A stretch of 18,016 nt of DNA, taken from positions 1-18,016 of the forward strand of contig CAYWWC010000056.1 of assembly GCA_964461615.1 (NCBI GenBank), given 5' to 3'. Position 1 is the stretch's first letter, and every line of letters begins with the position of its first letter. The notes under the pieces are model-generated. The model was given only the letters and a program-made list of their open reading frames with translations. It did not search any database and had not been told where the DNA came from. The stretch comes from an uncultured Anaerolineae bacterium (lineage in GTDB: Bacteria; Chloroflexota; Anaerolineae; VGOG01). Shown one piece after another: positions 9,376 to 16,325 of the stretch. The position numbers were made by a program, and so were the translations under genes.

Positions 9376-10944
9376 TCATTCGTGGTTCTTGGTGATCAGG
9401 GGTAGAAAAACGGGCTGAGGAGCTCCGGCGAGGAAAGCGTCCGACCACTCCTTGGTCAGTTCAAGGTAAGTTAAACCGTGGCTATCGCTGGGTTCGATGT
9501 GGGTGTGCTCCCACCACTCGTTGAAGCTGGTGATGACGATCCAATCGGCCTGGGACTGAATGGCTGCCTGGAACGTGAAGCCGTAGGTATCGCCGTCAGC
9601 TCGATCGAGGTACCAGGAGCCAGGGCGGCCCAAGAGATCATCATCGTAGCCCGGCATGACCACGGGCGCCCAGATCTTCCGCTCAGCGTTCGGATCCTGC
9701 AGGAATTGATAACTCCTCACCTGGCCCGCAACCGAGGAGTACACTTCGAGCATGTCTGGGGCATAGAAGCCATAGGCGTGCAGGCCATCGAACACCTGTA
9801 GATAGCTCGGGTTGAAGGTCTGGCCGAGCCACATCACATCGTAGCCGTCGGCCCGGATCTGATCGAGTATGGCCTGCCAGGTCTGAAGAGGAGTCTGGCC
9901 GGGATTTCTGGCTACGTGGTCAACGGCGTAGAGAAAAATCACCGGCTTACCCTGATAGCGCAGGAAGTTGGGGTGATCGCTGTAGGAATCCAAGACATAC
10001 TCCAACTGATTGACGACATCTTGAACAGTCCGGAACCGCTCCCCAAGGGTCTCGAAGTAGATGGTCGCTTTGAAATCAGTGCCCTCCGTTAGCGAAGCGG
10101 CCTCCGCCGCCGTGAGGAGTTTGGCAAAATTGTCATCTCGAAAGTTGCCCGAACCCCACCAGGAGGAGATGAAGCCGTGAATACCGTACTGCTGCGCCCA
10201 GTTGACGTGCCTGGTGATGGTCTCCACATCGCCAGAGCTGTCAGGAAAAAGCGGGTGATCCTCAAGAACGGGACTCGACCAGGAATCTAGATCATACCAG
10301 GGGTAGTAGAAAGCCAAAACCAGCCTGGGCAAGACACTACGCTGGGGCAGAGGGCCGCCGGTCGTGAAATGGGAGCCGGCTATAGAGAAGGAGAAGGGAT
10401 TAGAAGGGTCATCAGGCTCGTTGAGGAGATTGGTCCAGGAGGCGATGGGAGTGGCGGACGATGAGTTATAGCTGTGAAACTCTACCGTCGTAAAGCCTAA
10501 ATCACCTTTTTGATTTTCGAAGAAAACGTGACTGTCATCATCCAGGCCCGTCATCACCAGATCGTACTGCACCTTGACCGTCTGAGCCAGAGCATCGGCC
10601 AGGGGCTGCTCCAGATAGAGCTCGTCACTGCCCCACTCAACTCGAGTTGTCGAGGCATTGCCCTGCAGGATAGCAGTTGTGGCGTTGAGAATCCGCTCCC
10701 CACCGCGAACATAGAGTCGCGTCCAGTCAGACGACGTACTGAGCACTATCCTGGCCCTGTACAGCGCGGGAAGTCCTCCTCCCAAATTGCCGCTCGCCCC
10801 CCCTCCTTCCCTCCCAACTTGGGGGGGAGGCAGGGGAGGAGCAGACGCCCCTTCCACGCTCAGGGCTTGAGAGAAGACCAGCGCCCCTAAGCCTATCAGC
10901 AAAGCGGCCAAGATAATTCGGCCTCTAAATAGCATAGCTTCCAT
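9376..10944 (-). CDS. Secreted protein with a C-terminal GH99-like (endo-alpha-mannosidase/WbsX-like) glycoside-hydrolase domain and an N-terminal beta-rich domain.
   Basis: Sec signal peptide (MEAMLFRGRIILAALLIGLGALVFSQA). FYYPWYDLDSW and IVITSFNEWWEHTHIEP resemble the GH99 motifs FYY.WYG and SFNEWHEGT with both Glu residues conserved; this is from memory, not a search. GGAGG RBS 9 nt upstream. The start overlaps the folC 3' end by 20 nt. Contains the Gly/Pro-rich low-complexity stretch encoded by the palindromic element at 10795-10840. Confidence 0.55.
   Translation of the reverse strand: MEAMLFRGRIILAALLIGLGALVFSQALSVEGASAPPLPPPQVGREGGGASGNLGGGLPALYRARIVLSTSSDWTRLYVRGGERILNATTAILQGNASTTRVEWGSDELYLEQPLADALAQTVKVQYDLVMTGLDDDSHVFFENQKGDLGFTTVEFHSYNSSSATPIASWTNLLNEPDDPSNPFSFSIAGSHFTTGGPLPQRSVLPRLVLAFYYPWYDLDSWSSPVLEDHPLFPDSSGDVETITRHVNWAQQYGIHGFISSWWGSGNFRDDNFAKLLTAAEAASLTEGTDFKATIYFETLGERFRTVQDVVNQLEYVLDSYSDHPNFLRYQGKPVIFLYAVDHVARNPGQTPLQTWQAILDQIRADGYDVMWLGQTFNPSYLQVFDGLHAYGFYAPDMLEVYSSVAGQVRSYQFLQDPNAERKIWAPVVMPGYDDDLLGRPGSWYLDRADGDTYGFTFQAAIQSQADWIVITSFNEWWEHTHIEPSDSHGLTYLELTKEWSDAFLAGAPQPVFLPLITKNHE
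10795..10840. repeat. Intragenic copy of the C-run/G-run palindromic element (CCCTCCCAACTTGGGGGGGAGG...), in-frame within the GH99-like gene.
   Basis: Seen directly: gcccccccctccttccctcccaacttgggggggaggcaggggagg. Same compositional style as the elements at 125-235 and 17243-17300. On the minus strand it encodes part of PPLPPPQVGREGGGASGNLGGG, directly after the signal peptide. Confidence 0.35.
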
Positions 10945-12343
10945 CAGCTAATCCTCCCGATACATGTGGGGTGAGATGTGGGAAGTGATTGGCCCAGGCT
11001 TCGCGAGCTTCGGCTGCTACGAAGACGGAGCCGGTCGCACAAATCAGATCGTGTGAGCCGGCCGTTTCCAAAGCCAGACTCAGAGCCTCGGCCACGCTAT
11101 CGCTGGCCATGACGGCTCGACTGAGCCTGTCCTGAGCGTGGTCGAAGGTCTCGCCGAAGTCCTCCCACCCCAAAGCCAGAGCTTCCTCTCGGAGTGCGCC
11201 GACGTCCGCAGCGCGAGGATGTCTGGCCTGGGCAACGATGACCTGATGAGCTAGAGGGAAAAGCTCCCTCATCATCCCCGCGATGTCCTTGTCAACAGAG
11301 GCGCCAAAGATCAGGATCAGGCGGCGGTAGGTAAACAGCTCTTCCAGGGCGGCTTTCAGCTTCCCGGCCGAGTCAGCGTTGTGGGCGCAATCAACGACCA
11401 CGAATGGCCCCCGCCCCAGGATCTCCAGACGCCCCGGCCAGCGAACCCGGCGCAGCCCCTCCCTGACGCTGGTCTCAGGGATGTTGACGCCCCGCTGCCG
11501 CAGCTTCTCCATAGCGGCGACCGCCACAGTAGCATTATCCAGTTGATGCCTGCCCAGCAACGGTATCCAGAATTCGCGACTCGCAACCCGAAACTCGAAA
11601 CCCAAAACTCGAAACCCTTGACCTTCCAGGCTCGCCTCCCCCGCCTCCCACGTCCAGTCCCGACCGACCACTGTTAGCTCGGCGCCCCGCTCCCTGCAGA
11701 CCTCCTCAATAACGGACATGGCCTCCGGCGCTTGGGGGGCACTGACCACCAAAGCCTGGTCTTTGATGATACCCGCCTTCTCCCGCGCGATCAGAGGCAG
11801 GGTCTCGCCCAGGATATGAGTGTGATCGTGGCTGAGGGAGGTTATGACAGCCACCAACGGGTTGACCACGTTGGTGGCATCCAGCCGCCCGCCCATGCCC
11901 ACTTCCAGAGCGGCTAACTCCACCCCTTGCTCAGCGAAATAGAGAAAGCTCAGCACGGTGATGATCTCGAAGGTGGTGATATCCTCGATCCGGCTCACCA
12001 AAGGCTGCAACCGCGCGGTGAGAGAAGCCACCGTCTCCTCCGGAATCAACTGGCCGTCAACCTGGATCCTCTCGCGGAAGGTATGCAGGTGCGGAGAGGT
12101 GTAGAGCCCCGTCCGGTAGCCAGCGGTCCGCAGAATTGATTCGCTCATCGCCGCCACCGAACCCTTGCCCTTGGTTCCGGCAATATGAATGGACTTAAAG
12201 TGCAGGTGGGGGTTATCGAGCCAGGCCAGCAGCTTTTCCACGCGAGCCAGATCAAAGTGCTCAGGCCCGTACAGATAAGAGCTTTCCTTCTCGTAATCGG
12301 TGAAGCTATAGATATAGTCGAGAGCGTCCTTGTAGGTTAGCAT
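10925..12343 (-). CDS. folC: Bifunctional folylpolyglutamate synthase/dihydrofolate synthase.
   Basis: MLTYKDALDYIYSFTDYEK is the FolC N-terminus. P-loop AGTKGKGS present. Mur-ligase family layout. 472 aa. Confidence 0.85.
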   Translation of the reverse strand: MLTYKDALDYIYSFTDYEKESSYLYGPEHFDLARVEKLLAWLDNPHLHFKSIHIAGTKGKGSVAAMSESILRTAGYRTGLYTSPHLHTFRERIQVDGQLIPEETVASLTARLQPLVSRIEDITTFEIITVLSFLYFAEQGVELAALEVGMGGRLDATNVVNPLVAVITSLSHDHTHILGETLPLIAREKAGIIKDQALVVSAPQAPEAMSVIEEVCRERGAELTVVGRDWTWEAGEASLEGQGFRVLGFEFRVASREFWIPLLGRHQLDNATVAVAAMEKLRQRGVNIPETSVREGLRRVRWPGRLEILGRGPFVVVDCAHNADSAGKLKAALEELFTYRRLILIFGASVDKDIAGMMRELFPLAHQVIVAQARHPRAADVGALREEALALGWEDFGETFDHAQDRLSRAVMASDSVAEALSLALETAGSHDLICATGSVFVAAEAREAWANHFPHLTPHVSGGLADGSYAI

Positions 12344-12434
12344 GCTTTGTTAGCCAATCCGACAGTTCCTCGGCGCAGAAGTCCGGCGCTTATTGTATAT
12401 CAACTGAGGCAAAAAGTAAAATGCGGGAATGTTC

Positions 12435-12463
12435 TTGACTATTCGCCCACAATCTGGTAAACT
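12435..12463 (+). promoter_or_regulatory. Sigma-70-like promoter TTGACT-17-TAAACT driving the lipoprotein/SPFH genes through a 165-nt A-rich leader.
   Basis: Seen directly: TTGACT 12435-12440, 17-nt spacer, TAAACT 12458-12463. It sits in the AT-rich divergent region between folC (minus strand) and the lipoprotein gene. Confidence 0.5.
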
Positions 12464-12630
12464 TCAGGCTGACAAAGTTCTTTACCACAAAAACACCAGG
12501 GCACGAAGAAAAGCCATGAAAACACATGGAGCAGCCTCTCCCAAAACCTTCATGTCTTTGTGTCTTAGTGGTAAGAAAGAATCTGCGCGATCTGGCACTA
12601 CAAGCAAAGCATCAAGGAGGTACCGCTGAT

Positions 12631-13872
12631 TTGAAATACTTCTTCTTAGCGCTAGTGATCGTATTGATCCTGGCAGGACTAAACATGACGGGATGCTCAG
12701 CCCGCCCTCTGCTCTACGATGTGGAGTTCTATCCCGATGTGATCTCACCGAACGCCGACGGGCACGACGACGCCGCCAACATCCTCTACAAACTCTCCCG
12801 CAACGCCGGCCTGTCCATCTACTTCGTTGACGAGGCCGGGGTGCGGCATTACCATCGAAATGGAGAGCGACGCTCAGCCCAGGACGAGTCTTACTGGACC
12901 CTCTTTGGCGGCGTGGTGGATGTGCTCGACGGCGGCCCAGTCAAGAGAAGCATGATGCCCAACGGGCAGTACACCTGGGTCATCGAGGCCACTGACGACA
13001 GCGGACACACCGAGAAAGCGGAGGGCAGCTTGACCATCGCTGACGCCGACACGGCCGTTCCTGAGATGCGGAACTTCAGTGTCTATCCCCAGGTTTTCAC
13101 CCCCAATCAGGACGGCATAGACGACCGGGTTGCCATCACCTTTTACCTGTCGAAGGAGGCCAAGTACCGCGTCTACCTGGAGGATGAGGAGGGCGACCGC
13201 TATCCCCTGGCCGAGAAAGAGAGAGAGGTAGAACCCGGCCAGCCCGGCATGCACATATACGACTACGAGGGCGGGGTGGACTTGGGGGCTACGCCACCGC
13301 CAGATGGCATCTACACCGTGGTGGCTGAGGCCGAGGACCTGGTGGGCAACAAGGTGATAGTAACCAGCACCTTGACTTTCAAGGATGGTGGCGTCCCCCG
13401 GGCCGACATAGTCAACGCCGACGTGGACTTCGATCCCATGATCGTGCCTCTGGGAGGAACCCTGACCTTCACTGCCACGGTAGAGAACTTCGGCGCGGTG
13501 CCCATCCGTACCACAGGCCCGCCTCCGCGAACCACCTACGAGAGCGACCAAAACTTCAACAGCCTGGGCTGGTACGAGGAGCCTGGAGCCTGGCGCCTGG
13601 GCATTGACTTCGAGACCAACTCCAGCGGCCGCCCCTACCCCTACCGCTTCGCCATCGGAGACGACGACGATCTGGAGATCAGAGTGATCAGAGGCCAGGA
13701 ATATCGCTACCTGATGCCCGGCCAGCGGGCCACCGTGACCGGTCACATCCACATCATGCAAGAGCCACCTCGCAACCCCATCTACTTCTTCGCCGGGCTC
13801 ATCCACGAGGACGTGAGGATTGACGCTTTCAATGACCATGTGGATCCTCAGGAGATTTCTATTGGGTTTTAG
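12631..13872 (+). CDS. Lipoprotein with two FlgD-Ig-like (PF13860-type) beta-sandwich domains and a C-terminal CARDB-like domain. Function unknown.
   Basis: TTG start at 12631 with AAGGAGG at 12614-12620, spacing 10 nt. This gives signal peptide MKYFFLALVIVLILAGLNMTGC, lipobox-like. Two repeats match the FlgD-Ig pattern: FYPDVISPNADGHDDAANILYKLS...PNGQYTWVIEATDDSG and VYPQVFTPNQDGIDDRVAITFYLS...PPDGIYTVVAEAEDLVG. MIVPLGGTLTFTATVENFGAVPI resembles CARDB. The upstream ATG 12526 extension lacks an RBS. Confidence 0.7.
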   Translation: MKYFFLALVIVLILAGLNMTGCSARPLLYDVEFYPDVISPNADGHDDAANILYKLSRNAGLSIYFVDEAGVRHYHRNGERRSAQDESYWTLFGGVVDVLDGGPVKRSMMPNGQYTWVIEATDDSGHTEKAEGSLTIADADTAVPEMRNFSVYPQVFTPNQDGIDDRVAITFYLSKEAKYRVYLEDEEGDRYPLAEKEREVEPGQPGMHIYDYEGGVDLGATPPPDGIYTVVAEAEDLVGNKVIVTSTLTFKDGGVPRADIVNADVDFDPMIVPLGGTLTFTATVENFGAVPIRTTGPPPRTTYESDQNFNSLGWYEEPGAWRLGIDFETNSSGRPYPYRFAIGDDDDLEIRVIRGQEYRYLMPGQRATVTGHIHIMQEPPRNPIYFFAGLIHEDVRIDAFNDHVDPQEISIGF

Positions 13873-13916
13873 GTTTTAGGCTCACTTCAGGTGTGAGTTA
13901 GCCCGGGAGGTCAACG

Positions 13917-15203
13917 ATGAAAAGACTGATTGTCCTTAGTACCTTAGCGTTTGTGATTCTGTCTTACTTCTTGGCTGGACTGACAGGATTTGCAGTTGCG
14001 GCAATCGTTGCCGCCGTTGCTATTCTCTCCTATCGCATCGCCGGCGAGACAGGCGCAGCCCGGGCCATGCTCCTTGTTACCATTATCCTTGCGCTTGCGG
14101 TTGGCGGTTCTGTAGGTTGGGCTTGGGGTCCCAACCCGCCCGGAATAAGTGTGGGGGAGATCGCCTTCTTCACTATTGGAGGTGTAATGGGACTTGTGTC
14201 CTGGCTGTTGGCAGTCCTATCTACACTGTTCCTATGCTCTAAGGTGATCGTTATTTCTCAAGAAGGTGATCGGTGGGAATCCTTTGTCTATTTGATAGAA
14301 TCCGTGTTGCTTGAGCGTGCAGGCCCTCTTGAGATTGTCAACAGAGGCGAAGTGATAACCATAAAGTCGAGAAGCCGGCTCGCTCCCGCGAGGACGGTCG
14401 GCTACACGGTTATCCAGCACGGAAACGCCGTTGTCTTTGAACGCTTCGGACGCCCCAGCCAGGTGGCAGGGCTCGGTCTTGTAGTGAAGAAGCCTTTCGA
14501 GACGATACGAGCAGTCGTTGATTTGAGTATGCAAGTAGAAGAAAGGATGCAGACACTTTTTACCAGAGATGGAATTCCATTGACCACTCATGTAAAAGTG
14601 TTATTTCAAATTGATCCTGGGAGACGCCCTCCTGCACGTGATAACATGTTTCCATTTTCCGAACCAGCAGTGTTCAACGCAGTATATCTTGTACCGGATT
14701 GGAAGGCACATACTATTGAGACTGCCCTTGCCCTACTCCGCGATATGATATGCAAATGTTATCTCGACGAAATCTACGATTCATTGAAGAAGAATTCCGA
14801 TGAGGTTAGTCCAGAAACTCATGCCCAGCTCCTCCAGGATAAACTGCAAATTGCCTTGAGTGATACAGTGACCGCGTGGGGGGTGAGAATCCACCGAGTG
14901 GAGCTTGGAATCGAGGCGCCGCAGGAAATCAAGGAGCAAGCCCTGGCCTTCGAAAAGACGAGAAAAGAGGAGGAGCTCGAATACCAAAGATCCAAAGCTG
15001 AGAACGAACGGATTAAGGATTTTGTCTCGCAGACTGGGGGAAGCGTAACAGATTACGCCATGCTTCGCTATTTGGAGAAGGTTGGTGAGGCTAGGCTGAT
15101 CCCCCCGTCGCTCGAGCGGGTGTTCCTTGAAGCTCTTCAAGAAGGTACTGTCTCCCCCAAGAGCGAAGGCAGCGATCGCCACAAGGGAGACGCCAACAAG
15201 TAA
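13917..15203 (+). CDS. Polytopic membrane protein with an SPFH/band-7 (stomatin-prohibitin-flotillin-HflK/C) domain and a C-terminal K/E-rich coiled coil.
   Basis: Four or five predicted N-terminal TM helices (LIVLSTLAFVILSYFLAGL, FAVAAIVAAVAILSY, MLLVTIILALAVGGSVGWAWG, IAFFTIGGVMGLVSWLLAVLSTLFL). SPFH core at about residues 140-330 (GYTVIQHGNAVVFERFGRPSQVAGLGLVVKKPFETIRAVVDLSMQ...TRDGIPLTTHVKVLFQIDP). Coiled coil: EIKEQALAFEKTRKEEELEYQRSKAENERIK. GGGAGG RBS 10 nt upstream. The gene is visibly AT-richer than all neighbouring genes. Confidence 0.8.
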   Translation: MKRLIVLSTLAFVILSYFLAGLTGFAVAAIVAAVAILSYRIAGETGAARAMLLVTIILALAVGGSVGWAWGPNPPGISVGEIAFFTIGGVMGLVSWLLAVLSTLFLCSKVIVISQEGDRWESFVYLIESVLLERAGPLEIVNRGEVITIKSRSRLAPARTVGYTVIQHGNAVVFERFGRPSQVAGLGLVVKKPFETIRAVVDLSMQVEERMQTLFTRDGIPLTTHVKVLFQIDPGRRPPARDNMFPFSEPAVFNAVYLVPDWKAHTIETALALLRDMICKCYLDEIYDSLKKNSDEVSPETHAQLLQDKLQIALSDTVTAWGVRIHRVELGIEAPQEIKEQALAFEKTRKEEELEYQRSKAENERIKDFVSQTGGSVTDYAMLRYLEKVGEARLIPPSLERVFLEALQEGTVSPKSEGSDRHKGDANK

Positions 15204-15210
15204 GACCATG

Positions 15211-15244
15211 AAGCCCCTGTCGAAACGACAGGGGCTTGCCTTTT
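15211..15244 (+). terminator. Rho-independent terminator after the SPFH gene.
   Basis: Perfect 12-bp stem AAGCCCCTGTCG (15211-15222), loop AAA, CGACAGGGGCTT (15226-15237), then GCCTTTT (15238-15244). Lies 8 nt after the TAA stop. Confidence 0.7.
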
Positions 15245-15263
15245 GCCCCACCGTAAGTATAAT
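15236..15263 (+). promoter_or_regulatory. Putative promoter TTGCCT-16-TATAAT for the glycosyltransferase gene, overlapping the 3' arm of the terminator.
   Basis: TTGCCT 15236-15241, 16-nt spacer, consensus TATAAT 15258-15263, first ATG at 15279. That leaves a very short leader with no SD; alternatively, GTG 15303 with the upstream G6 tract acting as SD. Confidence 0.45.
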
Positions 15264-15278
15264 CTATCTCAGCAGAAC

Positions 15279-16283
15279 ATGTCGCTTTTACGGGGGGTAA
15301 GGGTGAATCTGGACCTGGCCATTGTCATCGTCAGTTGGAACGTGCGGGGGCTGCTGGAGGCTTGCCTGACCTCGGTGTACGAGAGCCTGAAGAGTTCAAA
15401 TCTGAGAGGCGAGGTCTGGGTGGTGGATAATGCCTCGACGGACGGCAGCGCGGCGATGGTGCGGGAGCGCTTTCCCCAGGCCAGGCTCATGGCCAACGAG
15501 ACCAACGTCGGCTTTGCCGCTGCCAATAACCAGGCCCTGCGGGCGATGGGGTTTGCCTCGGCTGAGCCTCACGAACTGCCGCGCTACGTGCTTCTGCTGA
15601 ACCCCGATACCGAGGTGCTCGATGATGCCCTGACCACGATGGTGCGTTTCCTGGACGGGAATCCCCAGGCCGGTGTCGCCGGAGCCAGGCTCCTCTATCC
15701 CGATGGCAGCTTGCAGCACTCGGCCTTCGCCTTTCCATCCTTGGCCCAGGCTTTCCTCGACTTTTTCCCCCTCCACCATCGCCTGCTAACCTCCCGCCTC
15801 AACGGTCGCTATCCCCGCCGACTCTACGAGAGGGGAGAGCCTTTCCCCATTGACCATCCCCTCGGCGCGGCCCTGATGGCGCGGGGGGAGGCCATCCAGG
15901 CAGTGGGCCTGCTCGACGAGCGGTTCTTCATCTATTGCGAGGAGATTGATTGGTGCATGAGGATGAAGAAAGCGGGCTGGGGTATCTACTGCGTGCCCAG
16001 AGCCGAGGTTGTGCACCACGAGGCCAAGAGCACCAGGCAGGTGCGGGGTGAGATGTTTGCGGCCCTATGGAGGAGCCGCCATCTGCTCTTTGAGAAGCAC
16101 TACGGGCGTTTTTATCAGTGGGCCGTGCGCCGCATTGTGCGGTTAGGGCTGCGAGCGGAGATGCGTCGCGCGCTGGCGGACTATGAGCGAGGCGAGATCG
16201 GCAAAGCGGAGCTGGAGAGCTGTCTGGCAGCCTATCGGGCGGTGGCGGGAATTATGACAACGAATTCAAAGGATTTATCGTAG
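15279..16283 (+). CDS. Family-2 glycosyltransferase (GT-A fold, rhamnosyltransferase/WbbL-like).
   Basis: LAIVIVSWNVRGLLEACLTSV...VVDNASTDGS...LLLNPDTEV...YCEEIDWCMRMKKAGW is typical GT2 (DxD-type). The start is uncertain: ATG 15279 or GTG 15303. Confidence 0.8.
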   Translation: MSLLRGVRVNLDLAIVIVSWNVRGLLEACLTSVYESLKSSNLRGEVWVVDNASTDGSAAMVRERFPQARLMANETNVGFAAANNQALRAMGFASAEPHELPRYVLLLNPDTEVLDDALTTMVRFLDGNPQAGVAGARLLYPDGSLQHSAFAFPSLAQAFLDFFPLHHRLLTSRLNGRYPRRLYERGEPFPIDHPLGAALMARGEAIQAVGLLDERFFIYCEEIDWCMRMKKAGWGIYCVPRAEVVHHEAKSTRQVRGEMFAALWRSRHLLFEKHYGRFYQWAVRRIVRLGLRAEMRRALADYERGEIGKAELESCLAAYRAVAGIMTTNSKDLS

Positions 16284-16325
16284 CTGCTCAACCATCCCCA
16301 GCGGAGCGTTGGAACATATCCTTTA

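Noticed and set aside
12429-12630. Small ORF 12429..12629 and the ATG 12526 extension of the lipoprotein gene.
   Set aside because: Both lie in the promoter and leader region and lack an SD. TTG 12631 has a near-perfect AAGGAGG at ideal spacing and gives a canonical lipoprotein signal peptide.
12874-13839. 321-aa antisense ORF inside the FlgD-Ig lipoprotein gene.
   Set aside because: Long antisense ORFs are expected in high-GC DNA. The plus-strand frame has an RBS, a signal peptide and two recognisable FlgD-Ig repeats. The minus frame has no recognisable motifs.
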